Source of the DNA: Trichoplax adhaerens
Lineage: Eukaryota > Animalia > Placozoa
Length of the DNA: 64,000 nt
Direction of reading: 5' to 3'
NCBI RefSeq assembly: GCF_000150275.1
Contig: NW_002060943.1
Span: 5,352,008-5,416,007 of the forward strand
Each line of letters begins with the position of its first letter. The stretch's first letter is position 1. Position numbers and translations under genes: made by a program. Below, one piece after another: positions 1 to 14,200 of this stretch. The notes below the pieces were generated by a model, which saw only the letters and a list, made by a program, of their open reading frames with translations, was not told the origin of the DNA and did not search any database.

Positions 1-929
1 CTACAAAAATTTATATTAGGAATTTATTTATCAACCATCATTAATGTGAACAAGCTAATAGGTAATTACGTGTTTTACTACTACAATTAAAATTATAATT
101 AATTATCATTGGGACTAGCCTAATACTGGGATATTAATTAAGTGTAATTAAGTATCAGCAGTAGATTAAGAATGCAGTACAGTAATGGCTCAAAAGTAGG
201 CTGTGGGGTGGTTTATATCAATTATAACCAAATATGATGCAAAGTTTTGGCTCCATGAATTGATATAGTAATCATTTTAAACGTTATATAGGAGTTTACG
301 TAATAATAACTCAAGAATGAGCCATTAGCTTAAGAGGAGAATTAGACAATCCAAGAATTTATGAATAGTTATACTCTAGGCTTTGTTATAAGTGAAGTTT
401 CTTCGAACTTATTCTGTTGCTAGTAGATAGATTATGCCATAACTTATGAATAGCTTTACACTCAGATAGGACGAGTAGATGATTGCGATTAGTTAACGCT
501 TGCAATCTACTGCTTGATCGTATGATCCGTTTGAAGAATTTGCTTAATGATAGCCTAGTAATGAAAGAAACGACTTTAAGCTAATATTAAAAGCGTTCAG
601 ACTACCCATACTAGAGTCCTAAAATCATGTTCTGCTTCACAGTATAACGAAAAGTCTCCCTGTAATGATGATTACATTGGTAAGGCTCTATAAATATAGC
701 TAATCTATTTTTTCTGACATGAAGATGTAATACCATGATTTAATATAGCTCATAGGCATACATCTATCATGGTATTTCCATTTCAATAGTATCTTCTATC
801 CAGCTAGGCATTCATTGCTCTATCTAATGGAGTTTTAGCATGGTTAGTTGTTTTTGCATGTCGGGAATCATGATTGTTGTATCGTCAAGTTTAATCAAGC
901 TTACTGTTATTGTGATCTACTGTAATAGG

Positions 930-1190
930 ATGATTTATTACAGCATTAAAATAAGAAGTTCACGCTATGAGGTCTACTCTTATTAGGCCGATTTGATGTT
1001 GTCTAGGCTTCAAAATAACGTTAACAATATGCCATTTGGATATAAAGCTTGCTATTATAACAATGTGATAAGGAGATGATTTATTATAGCATTAAAATAA
1101 GAAGAAATTTATACCATGAGGTCTATTTTTATTCCGAAGACTTAAATGTTGTTTATCTTGTCGCTGTTTCGAGAGTAACGTAGATATTAT
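930..1190. repeat. Decayed two-copy tandem duplication (period ~146 bp)
   Basis: atgatttatta(c/t)agcattaaaataagaag...atgaggtcta occurs at ~930 and ~1076. Confidence 0.7.
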
Positions 1191-3491
1191 ATATTTAAAA
1201 AATGATGAATCATATAACTACGTTATTAATAGATTTTAGATTTATTCAGCGACTTATTGAATGTAAATTCCAATGAAATTACCTCTTGCCAGCAGGCAAC
1301 ATTCATGTGGTTTATGGATATTTGTCGGGATCAAGATAAATCAATAACTTATATCGCTCTTTATTAAAGAAATACTAAAATTACGCATAATTGCATGATT
1401 TTGGCTGTTTTTCTATCTGTAAAGATGATATTTTATGTAAAAAGATGTAATTATCTGACTGTATTATGGCATAAATTTAAATAAATGAGTATATGCCCAA
1501 TTAGAATATAGGGTTATAACGGAACAGTATAAAAAAGATCGACACGATTTTTGCTCTGCTCAATAATACTTGCAAGGAACAAATTGTCCAGTCTTTGATC
1601 GGATAACGAGTAAAAAGTAATTCCAAAATTATCGGCGCTTACTTTTGTAAATTATTTGTATCTTGCCTTAGGCTACAAATAGTAAAATTGTGTTATTTAT
1701 ATCTTTACTTTGTATTCAATTCCTACGGATATTTTAAGAATCGCTGCCTTACTCACTCATTAAAAAATAACGACGTGATGGAATGAGAACTTTACATCGT
1801 AATTAACAGAAATATGACAAGGATCCACTTCTGAATCTCTTAAGCTCATGCAAAACCTATTATGCTAGTATAAGTTTTTGGTAGAATACTCGCTTTCTAT
1901 TTTCCATGCCATTATAATTATCTGTTCTAACTAATCAGAGATTAATATTCGTAAAGTAAAGAATGGTTATTGCTAAAACTACTAGATGAATAATATACAA
2001 GAACAAGGCCCAAATTTATATGGGCAATATTCAAGAACCAGATCCTACTTTACAGTTTGAGACACTGTCAGTTTTTGACTGCATTATTTGTACCATAGAT
2101 AGATAGTGTTGCTGATTCTGGCCCATGAATCATTAAATTGTGCTACTGTAAGTGCTATGCAAATATTAGATCGAATTTTAATACAAATTGTTTTAATTCC
2201 AGAGTTATAATCACCTTGATAGTAATCTGACTTAATAGTATTGTAGATATGGCTTACGGTACATAATATGAAGCTTGCCGATGGAATCTTATAAGACTAT
2301 AATAGAATTTACTGCTGTAGAGTAACTTTAAATTAGTAATATTATCCTTAGAAATATGTGCTAACTGTATTTTTTGATGATAAATAGATTATTAATTCGT
2401 TGGGTTATAATAAAAATAACACGCTAAGAAGAATACATAAGGTTATAAACTGTTTTTTGCCTTCAAAATTTGATTTGCATTACTTTTACATAAAATTGAA
2501 ATAATTTAGGGGAATAGGTACGGTACTGTGCTACATCTGATAATTTTCGCAAGTATCGAGCTTGCTCCGACCAATCATTTTTCTCTTATTTATGAATAAT
2601 TCCGTCGCCGATCATGTTAAAAATAAAAGGATACTCAATATGGAATAAAAGAAATATTCTGACTTTATTGATATATTAGGTAGAACAAGTGAATATAAAA
2701 ATAACACATTTACAGCTTGCACATATTACAAGTGGTAAGTTAATGAAATATAGTTTTTAATTACCAATAGACAGTGCATTTAAGTTTATCTGTTAATAAT
2801 TCGTATACCGATTAGCATAATTATATTTATGCATTTATACATATAAATATATTTATAGCGTTAATCCAATAATGCATCAGGATTATGCTACAAAATAAAT
2901 TTTTTAAAAAGTTACAGCATTTTGTGATACAAACAAAGTAAAAAGGGAATTGATAGTAAAAATTAATAAATTGATTACATTTACCATTATTTTCCTTCGT
3001 TAGAAATATAATTTCAATCTCTTGCTATCTGCCTTAAAAATATATTTTAGAAGAAATTATAAACTTTTTTGCTACCATTAATTTCACTTTGAAGCCAAAA
3101 AATATAATGTGAATGTTGACAGTAAGATCGAAAGGAGTATGCTGAGGTACTACAACAGCAATTTAGATAAATTACTGCTCATAGACATCTCTTTATTTTG
3201 GCCGTAGTTAATACAATCGGTAGGCAATCGATTTGGATATGGAAATGTACATCATTGCATAAAATTATAAAACTACGATCTTTTAGCGATATTAACTGGA
3301 AAGTTTCTGTACAATGTTTAAGAACGTTAATCCCTTTAAATTACTACCGTAATAAATGGCATCATTACAGCTAAGATCATGGATACATTAATACAAGTTA
3401 ATTATGTTATAGGAATACCTAACTAGCAATGTACATCAGGTAGAAAGAGTTTTAGACAACATGGGTTCAATCGTAGAATTAATTTTCAGTA

Positions 3492-5295
3492 TTATAAGCA
3501 ACGGCGATTGACTATAGATGGCCCAAATTCTTCATATTCAGCACTAGTTATACACATGCGGCAAAACTTTGGCGAGCTTGCTAATATTGCACCTCCTCGC
3601 CATATTGTATTAATCCTACTACATGGGCTATGTATCCTGATTTTACCACACATTGAAGGTGTTTCAAATTCAATTTCTTCTTTCAGACGCTCTGGTAATC
3701 CCTTAAATTGGCTATTACCACCGGCTAAGACAACATTTTGCATCAATTCTTTCCTAATATCAACATCACATGATGTAATACAACTGGAAATGCTCTTATG
3801 GATGCCGGCCAAATCGAGCCCGACCATAGCTGGACTAAATAAAACTTCTGGACAGCGAAAGCGTTCATTACCAATCTTAATCACCTGGCCATCAGGCAAT
3901 GTATAAGAAGTTTCGACAGATTCTTCGTCAACGGATAAGGTGTCATAATCTAATGTTACAAAGCATAAGTTTTCCTTGATTTCGCGGACTGTTTCCATAT
4001 CAGCATCCGTTGTGAACGAACTTCCCCTATCATTTAATGCCCTTGCCAAAAATTGTGTTAAGTCTTGACCGGCTAAATTTAATCTTTGCACTGCATAATC
4101 TAGGACACAGCCTTCATAGATTGGAACCGAATAGCTCACACCATCGCCACTATCAAAGACCAATCCTAAAAAAATCGAGTTATTAATGGGTGAGTAAATG
4201 TTAGAATGTGAAATCGTCAAGAGTACAAAAATCTATAAATATTGCAAGATATGCTCCCTAGCTAATAAAGCATACATAAATATTGTGATGCTATGACAAA
4301 GTAGGTGCTTAACGAAGATTCTGGCTTATAATCAAGAAATCTATTGCAGCTAGTGTGTGCTAGCCAAATAATTGATACTAAGGAATGTAGCTTATAGATA
4401 TATGCAATATAAATTCTAGACCGATTCCACTAACCTGTTGTCCTTCCACTCTCATATAATGATAATAGCGCTTCAGTTGCAACATAGAGATAGGGCACAT
4501 TAAAATTTTCAAACATGATCTGAGTTATGGTTTCACGGTTTTTCTTAGGGTTCATTGGTGCTTCAGTGATGAGCACTGGATGTTCATTAGCTTCTAATCT
4601 TAATTGGTCTTCAAACATATGCTGCCATAACTAAAATAAAAGGTAGCTGTTACTGTATGCATCTACATATTTATACAAGTAATTAGTCCATAAAATTAAC
4701 ATATTAGGCAAGTAACTTGGGTTGATTGCATTTATACAAGTCTACAGATATCGTCGACGGTAAATAAAAGTACTTACTAATTCCATATCATCCCAGTCTT
4801 TGACAACGCCATGCTCCACGGGATGACTTAAAGTAAGTACATCCCGTTTTTCTTGAGCAGCATCTCCATAATATAACGCACCACCATCATTTGTCAATTG
4901 CTATAATTTTTAATGAAACAATTTTTATCAATATTGATTACTGATAATTAGCACAGCTGATGCAGGAGAATATCATAACTATGGTAACAAAAACGTTTAG
5001 TATCATGATTTTAAGGTCATATTGCGATTCTACCTGCTATTCATTTCAATAATATCGATCGCATACCAATACTAGCTATTTTTTCTCTAATACTTAGCTA
5101 TTTTTCTTTTTCGATTATCATTGTTAAATTTATAATACATGGACAAAACGCCAAATGTATTTATTATACCTTGTATTGAGGCCGGCCAACTATAGAAGGA
5201 AAAATTACGCTGGGATTACTTTCGGTTGCCAAACCAGCTTTTATACTGCTTGAACCATTATCAATAACTATAGGTGTTTTAAAATCATCAAATGT
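3492..5295 (-). CDS. Actin-like domain (4 exons), C-terminal part of the fusion gene
   Basis: Motifs [93 protein letters not shown] and [15 protein letters not shown] cover the whole actin fold. The first actin exon has no Met codon. Confidence 0.92.
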
Positions 5296-8200
5296 CTAAG
5301 ATGTAAAAAGATTTGTATTAAAATTAATTTATGTTTGGGAGAGTAAGGATTCGTGATTTTACCATTTATTCTTGTGGCGAAATTTATATTCACTTACTTC
5401 TGAACTTGGAGACTGAAGAGGTGAGCATTTAACGTGGTCGTCTAAATCCAAACTAAGTTTAGATCTGTTACTAGCTTCATCAGACGTTTCGACAACGGTC
5501 TCGCTTATAGGCTGATCATCTGTTTTAGTAGTGTCTTGATTAGCTGAGGATAGGTTTTCAAGAGTTTCGGCCGTCGTAGATTTAGCAGCCCTTTCGTCTG
5601 CAGTTATTGTTTCGTTGTCGTTGCTTTTAGCTAATTTTGCGGATTCCTGGCTTGTTCTATCATTCACATCTTCTATTGTTGCTGTTTCAGATTGGGCTTG
5701 TGAATTATTTGATCCTTCACTGCTACTACTTCTTGATTTGCTATTTTCTGATGCACTCTCAGGTTTGATATTATTATCTGAGTAGAAGGGTTTATGTCCG
5801 TTATCTTCGCTAGAAGATTCATTACCGGATGCTGTTCCGCTTAAACTTCGCTGCGATGCCGATGATGCTGCTCCGTCTGATGCATCGGTATCCGTGCCAG
5901 TTTGTACTTTTTGATCTACTTCACGAGCATTTTTTGTTGCTGTTTCCATCACTAACTCCTCTGAGCCATTGGTAGCTCTTTTAATGTCTGTTTCCATTTC
6001 GTTTTGCGCCGGATCAGCAGAAATAGATTCCTTACTATTATTGACTACTTCCTTAGATTCGCTAGTAGTAGTTGTATTTTGTTGCGAGTCTGCTACCTTT
6101 ATGACCGCGTTATCATTTTTAGAATTATTCATTACGGTATTTTGATCCTCATATTCGGAAGATATATTTTCTGGGTTTAAAGTAACTTGATCTGAGATTG
6201 ATTTCGATTCGGCCTCGACAGTATCTGATTTTTTAATCGTTATAACTTCCTTATTTACATTTTCAGCATGGAGTGTACGACTATTATCTGTTTTGTCAGT
6301 GCTACTATCTTGTAAGGCTGCATTATCGGTAGATATTTCTTCATTGGACGCTTGGTTCTCTTTTAATTTATCGGAGGACGATTCCACTTCGGCATTAGTA
6401 TCGCTTTGAGGAGTCGATTCCGCATTAGCAACGGATTCAATTGCATTTATCTGTGTATTATTTACTGATTCTTGTTGATGACTTGACGGATCAGTTGCAT
6501 TCTCCCCTTGGCCAGAATCACCGATATTCTCTTGTTCATCCATGGCCATAAGTCTATTTTCTAATTCTTGTGATAATAAAGCAGCTGCTTCTTCTGATTC
6601 ATCAACTGCTGACCGCCTACTTCTTCCTTTAGGTTTGTTGGCTTTAGGAATTTCAATAATTTCTTGATCTGAAGACTCGTCAGCAGGTTCTATATCATTA
6701 GACTGTATGGCATCATCCGTTACTTCTGTACTTGCTTGAGCTAAAGAATTAATTTCAACGGTGTTATTACTACTGCTCTCCTCTGCAACAGATTGCGATT
6801 CACCTTCCTTTCCAGTAAGATGTTGTTCAGATTGATCTTTATTTTCATGATCAGATTGCTTTGCGGTTTCGGGTGTAGAATTATGGACGTCAATACTTGG
6901 AGAGTCTAATTGCTGATCCGCTACCTCTACGGGAGTACTTTTCGATAACGATGAATTACTACTTTCATTTTCATTTGCTATTTGTTTATCAGTTAAGCTT
7001 AACGTTTCACCGGTTATATTCTGCTGTACTTCTGTTATATGAATCTCATTTAAACTACTACTTGCTATATTATCAACCGTTGCGTTTTCAGCGTTTTCAT
7101 CAACTTGATAGTTTTCTTTCACGTTTCTTTTGACTTCTGCTGTTGTTTCTTGCATATTAGAAACAGGCAAAGAGGTGTTGATATTTTCAATTGAGATATC
7201 AGTATTACCATCATTTTGTGTATTAGAATTTGGAAGAAGAGCTACAGCTGATAATTCTATGCTACCAGTGGAGGAAACAGATTCCTTAGTATTTCCTGAC
7301 TGATCATTTATTTGCATTAATTGACCTTGGACAAGGTCTTGATTACTTTTAGCTTGATTGGAAGTAAGTTCTGTAGTTGATTTGATATCAGTGCTAATGC
7401 CACCTTCATGACTGCTTTCATTGGATTTAGATGAGAGTATTCCAGCTTGCTGGAGTTGGTCTGATCTCAGTTGTTCAGCTGATATATTCCTTGGATGCCA
7501 ATTTGTAGACGGTATTGCTGTTGTATTTAAACCAGGGTGTTGTGAAGAGTTGGGCATCATTAATGGGTATCCTGAATATTGCATTTGTCCTGGAAAGTAC
7601 TGTGGAAATGCAGGATTGATATACATGGGATTTTGCCCAGGTGACGGGTAAAAGTTAGCTGGAGGCATCCCTGGCATATAGGTGACATAATTTGGATGTT
7701 GTCCGATCACATTCACTGGCGAAGTGTAAGCAGGATAGCCTCCACCATAGCCTAAAAATTCTGGACTATTAAAATGATGGGGATACATCGCCCGATATTG
7801 GGCATTTGGTATCATTCCTTGCTCAGCAAAATTGGAGTACATCATATTTTGTGGACTGAATTGAGTGAAAATCTCTTGTCCGGCAATGGCACGTCCTACC
7901 GGGGATGATAAATTACTACTGGCAGTTGGAGATACATGTTGTTGTGAATCAAACATCTGAGCATTGGCTCCCATACTTGGGCTTGATATATTGGAAGAAA
8001 TTGTCGAAAAGGAACTTGTTGTAGCGTGTGTACTATTTATTGTTGAGTCATTTGTGGCAACTGCGGTAGTTAAGGAAGCATTTTGAACTACGTGGACTGT
8101 CGAAGTAAGTTCTTCAGGTGTAATTATTTGGCTACTGACTGTAGCACAAACTGCATTGATTGTAGTAGCTGTAGTGGTGACAATTTCATTTTCAACTATC

Positions 8201-11200
8201 TGTATTGATATTTCTTCAGTGTTTTTTTGTTCTGACGGTTTGGCAATGTCATGACTAGTAGTATCGGCTTCTTGATTATCAACATGATCTTTGTTGACAT
8301 GGTGGTCATCATTGGCAGCTCTGCTAATCTCTACCTGAGGTATTTCGATCGATTTATCTTGAATATTCTCTGAAGAAGTATTACCATCTTTTGGGGGATT
8401 CGAATTCTTACTAGAAGTTGCAACAGCTTTATCTTTTACTGGCTCTTCCATCGGAACATTGTTAAAATTGTTGTTTGGGTTAGCATCAATTTTACGAAGA
8501 TTAGCTTCGAAATATAGCCTTTCGTCGGAGGTATCTAGTTGACTAGTTGGTTGATGGCTTACATTATTTCTTGATCGATTCATTCTGTCATCAAGAGTAC
8601 CTGAATAGGCATGATCTGGACTTAATGGACGATTATAAGGTGTCTGAGTTGATCCTTGGTATGGGTACTGAGTATTTTCAGTATAGCTGCTATGGCTGTC
8701 ATGCTTTGGCATTTTAACAATTGGCTTTCGAACAGCTAGTTGGCTAGTTCTATCACTAACGACACTTTTTAGCTCCGCAATATGGTCAGGATTGACCTTA
8801 ACGTTAGAAAATTTACCATAGCGTGAAGCAATGGCTAAATCTGTCGGTGTGGCTTTGAATTGGGATGATGATGCTAGTTGCAGAGATGCAGTTGCAGAAG
8901 AAGCTAATCCCATTTTATCCCTTGTAACATTATTTGTCCTTTGCTGGGTAGATGGAGGTGATGATTGAGAAGTTGTCCTAATTATAACACCTTTAGATGG
9001 TTGCTGATGTAACTGTGTTTGCACGTTAGATGTGCTTTGATTTCTTGGTGGGGATGCTCGCTGAGGAACGGATTTTTGATTCGTTGATGGCGGAGATCTA
9101 TCTTGAGAAACAGGAATGGTGCGAGATTCGTGTACAGCATTTTTTAATATTTCCGTTTCCCGAAAAACTAATGCTCTTTCCTGCATAAGTCTTTTCTCTC
9201 GTTGTTGCTTTAATTGCTCTCGTTTTTGATATAGTTCAGATTCAAGCTTTCGCCGTAATTCATAACATAATTTCTGTTGGTTATTATGTTGTAACTGCTT
9301 AAGATTTTGAGCATCAGCTTGATGTTGTAATGTTTTCAGTCGATTATTTTGTTCTCTCATAATTTGCTGTTCTGTTACTTTAGCCATGCTACGATTCATA
9401 ATTGATCCATTATATCGTGGTGGTATTCCTCCCATAATTGGTAAGGAAGCTGTAGATGATGCATGCCTCAATGACAGTCCAGTATATGGTAATTGTTGAT
9501 AAATAAGACGATTTGATTGCATGCTGCTAGTATCAAATTTACTCATTTTATCCACATTTCCAAATCGGACTGAACTGTATGAAGGAGAATGACGTTGTAA
9601 TAAATCCGGAGTACTTACATACTCGAGGTTTTTCTTCGGTGGTGAATGGCCAACGATCCGCTGTCGAAATCGTTGAGATGATTGACGTAAATTGTTATAA
9701 ATTTTTAGTCCCTTGCCGCTACTTCTATGCTTACGAATATTTGAATCACTGGCAGTCAACTTTTTACCTTGTTTAAGTTTATTATGATGCTTTCGCTTAT
9801 GACCGTGATTGCTCATATCTGCCGGAGGGGATATCGCTTGATCATTGTCTTTGTCATCGAAGTCATCAAATATGTCGATAATACCTTTTTGCTTCATTTT
9901 CTCGCGTACTTCTGACGGAAGTTCAATGGTTGGACTTAAACTTTGTGATTCATCATCAGATTGAGCTGAATTCGACATAAATTTAGGTCTTTTCGTTTCT
10001 TGTGGAGAACGATGGTTTGATGATGAAGAACTATGCTGCTTACTACTAACTTGTGATAAAGGTGATCCTGCCTGGGATATTTTCTGATCTCTTAAAGATC
10101 TGATGGACTTTGAACTACTAACAGTCGGAGTTGGTGATCCTTTCAAGTTTGAATTAGCCGTTGTTGAATTTGGGCCATTCTTAATTCTGCCAATTGGTAA
10201 AGGTCGATATACCATCTGATCATTAACATTTTGCCATCCCCATTCTTCCGCTGCTTTTGGCGATATAACATCAATTGATGAATTTGTGGTAGTATTATCT
10301 TGCGCTGATGGGTTAAGTAGTTGTTCAGTGTCAATCCGATAATCTTTAATGGTATTCAAGGCAGAATTAATAGCCTTCAATTCAGATATAGGATTATCAT
10401 CATGATTAGCTACAAATAAGGTAGAAAACTCATCTTCACTGCTATGTCGATCTGATAATTTGAACTCGTCTTTGGTGGAGGAATAATAACGTTTTTTATC
10501 CATCAAATCTGCTATATTGTGATCAAACCATGACACATTGGATTTATTATTGGGGGATCTAGTTGATTTTCTATTATAAACTTTACTAGCCAAAGGATTG
10601 CCATTTTCGCGATCCTTACGCAAGCGAGATAATCGATGCTGTAATTGTTTAATTTGTTCATCTTGTAAGTGTTGTTTTTGATCTTCTACCTCATGACGTT
10701 GTCTGATATATTTAAGCATTAAATCGTCAGTGTCTGCTGATTCAGTAATATCTGCTTTAGGTATGACATTATCGATAGTAGAGACATGATTAATGACATT
10801 ATGTTGTGATCTCATAATAGAATTTTCATTTGCATCATTAGATTGCCTAAGTGGTGATGAGCTTGCAGGTGGTATTTTTTGGCGATCACCAGAATTTGGG
10901 ATAGAGCGTTGATTTAGATTAGAATTATCCGTAAACCGCTGTCTGTCAGAATGCTGTTGGTTGAAATGTTGTTCATGATCTTCAGTAAATGATGGATATT
11001 CTGTAATATTATCAACAGCGTCATGATATTGATTATTGTGATTGAATTGATTAGGTTGATTATAGATTGGAGGAGGAGAAGGAGAATTGTAATCCATACC
11101 ATTTTGCAAAATTGGGTAATGATTATCTAATTGAGAAGGGCTTGATTGTGTCGAATCAAATATATTAGACATAGAGTCTTCTGGATTAATATCGCTGGTT

Positions 11201-14200
11201 GGACTATACATACGAGAATTGGAATTTTCCATCATTTGTTTTTGAAATTCCATGTGTTGTCGCTGCCTGGGAGATAAGGGTTTATTAACTAGATTATCAA
11301 TGCTGCTTCTATCTGATAAAACTGATCTACTTCGTTGGTCAATATTTCTGAGATCGCGTGCAATAGAGGCGGAATCATCATTTTGGTAAGTTACATAGTC
11401 GAATTTTACCTAAAATTTAACAAAATTAAGTCAAAATATAAAAATATTGGGAATACAGTAATATTTAAGATTAAAGGGTGAATCTAATTTAAGTAACTTA
11501 CATCAAAGTAAGCTGGATTCTTTTGCAATACGCTGGTAGGAATACCTGACGTATATTTAGAGTATAGCTCAATTAATTCTCGAATAGATTGCAATTTATT
11601 AATTAAAACGACGACATCATGTTTGAGTATTGCATCTTGTAGGTAATCAGAACACGCAATGAAGAATTTAAGTTGATCTGGTGACGGTGGAGGTGAACTC
11701 TGAATAAACGATGGGAAACTTGCGTCGAAAGGCAGTACATCAAAGTCGGACTTATTTATTCTCTTAAGATCTGCGGATAACAATGCTGGCGGAATTAACG
11801 ATATTGCTTTCTCATACCACCCTACCAGCTATTTTTCGAAGTAAACAAGATATATCAGTTGATTAGTATAGACTTATTATCTTAATTAATGATTAAGTTA
11901 AATACAATCAATAATCCAATATTTTTATTGATCCTAAACCAATTTCCGTAAGTATGAGATGTAGCTATGAATGGTTGATAATTATTTACAGTATTTAGCT
12001 ATGTTTAAATAATTGATAAATTAAATACATTGTGTTAAGCATTATAAACTACTAACAGATTACTGAAATGATGGCGTAAATTTAGTCTATAAGAGATAAT
12101 TTTAGCTCGTAAAACATGTCGTGAAAGTAAAACATTTCACTCATGAATACTATTTACAGATACTGCCTTAGTTGATGATCCAGTCAAGACGTATTTGGAT
12201 CTAACGATATAACCTGATCTGTAATTGAGAAATATTATTCCTCCAAAATTAGATTCGATAATGATATATCATTTATCGATATTGTATAGTATATCTAGAT
12301 CGTAAATAATTCCTACGCAGTACTCTTTTCAGCTGTCCAGAGTAAGAGTTGTATCATACGATGAACCTTATCGCTAAATCTAATTTGTGCCGGAGGTTAC
12401 ATCTCCTGTGGTATTGTTTTACCGTAATGCAATACGTAGAGAATTAGAAGTGTTAGAATCTGTTTTAACCCATTAGCAGCAGTTGGGTAAATTTTGTAAT
12501 CGTTAATGAAGTAGATTGTATTACAATATGTAAATCCTTATTCCCATTGGTGACGGAAAATAACCTCTACTCAATAGAGTAGTAATTTGATAACATATCG
12601 CAGTGACAGTGAATAAGAACTTACCCGAGTTAATAAATAATAAAAGCTGAATACAGCATTTAAGATCTTTCTTCTGGTGTCTAGTCGGCCTGAAAATTTT
12701 TTAATTACTGAATGGAACTGTTCGCTGAAGTAACCTATATTTTTAGTATCGTAATGTTTATATCCGATCATATCTTCAGCTTCTTGCTGTAGCTTTTCTG
12801 CTTTATCGATTACATTCTATATTATTAGGTAGAAATACGTTAGTGGTGTATAGTCATGAAATCGAATTTAATTAATTAGGCTATATCATTCTTGATGTTA
12901 TCTGATAATTTACCTTAGCGGTAACATAGAATTCGGTTTGAAAATCGTGGCGTAGCTGTTGAGCCATGGACAATGAAGTAGCTACTACTATAGGTGTTTC
13001 GAGGTATGATTCTCCACGGTATTTCAACCAATTCATAATCTGTGGCAGTAAGCATAAATTAAGTAATCTACCGGTAGATTGTAGAGAAGTGAGAGATTAT
13101 ATCGATACACGTATGTTGTATATTACAAAAGACCGAAAAACTTTACTTTACTGTCAATAGTTAAAATTTATCGATATAAAAAAAATTTACATACCTCGTC
13201 AACGCGACTTTGAAAATTTCTTAGATCAAAGCATTGCCTTAACTGCGTTTCTATATCGTTCCATATTGACGTAATCTTTTTGTTAGCATTAACAATTTTA
13301 GTATAACCTTTATCTGCATCTTCTGCTAAATCTTGATAAATAGGTTTAGTTGCGAAAGTCGATAATCCAGGATCAACTTCTGATCTATGAAGCCTCTTTA
13401 AAATGGCGGTTCCATCATTAAGTAGTGATTTTATGTTTATTTCTCTATATAAATTAAAATAAGGAGTAGAAATAAGAGCGTTATTAGAAACGAGCTTGCC
13501 ATCCTTTATTATAAACTAAAATCCAACACTATTCAATGTTGATACTGGGCCATACGTACTTTAAAATGCGAGCGAATTCGGTCCTATATTTCTTAAAGAC
13601 TTCTTCGGCGCCATCCAATGTCGATGGTAGCTCATTTTCTTTCATAGCTTCTAGTTCAGCTATAATTCTAGGTGCTTTACTATTTGTATCTTCACATTGT
13701 TGTATAAATGGTAGAATTATCTAAAGATACACCATGAAGTAGATTAAAGATGTTAATGTAGCGTAAATTGATAGAACTTGATAGATATGATTGACTGCAA
13801 GCTAATTAGATATCTAAAAATAAATAAAATAGCAAGCGAGCCAATGTGGAAATTTACAAATATTGATTAGCTTCGAAATATTGAAGTACTTCGGTAAATT
13901 TTTCATAAATGGAAGAGAACTGACGGTAAAATTATTGATTAATGAAATTGTGTACAATTACTAATGCACCTGCAAGTATCTGACACAAGCTTGATGATCG
14001 TGAACAAGGTATCCACCAAGATCCGAAGTTAACTGACTCGAATCAATTTGAGATTTTAAGTCATGTACTTCGTTCAAGATTTTAATCTACAAGAACAATG
14101 ACAAGTAACAAGGTGATTTTAAATTACAGTAATCAATCTTAAATTAAGGTTTAAAATCCGAAATAGATTTGCCCACTGACTGGTAGAGGTTGTTTAAATT

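Noticed and set aside
1-3490. Genes or RNA genes in the first 3.5 kb
   Set aside because: Very AT-rich, with no ORF of 60 aa or more and no recognisable exon or RNA motif; treated as 3' UTR or intergenic sequence.
3492-4220. ORF 3492..4220 as a stand-alone 242-aa actin-like gene or pseudogene
   Set aside because: Its N-terminal residues are intronic; the real exon starts at 4165 and splices in phase to upstream actin exons with no disablements.
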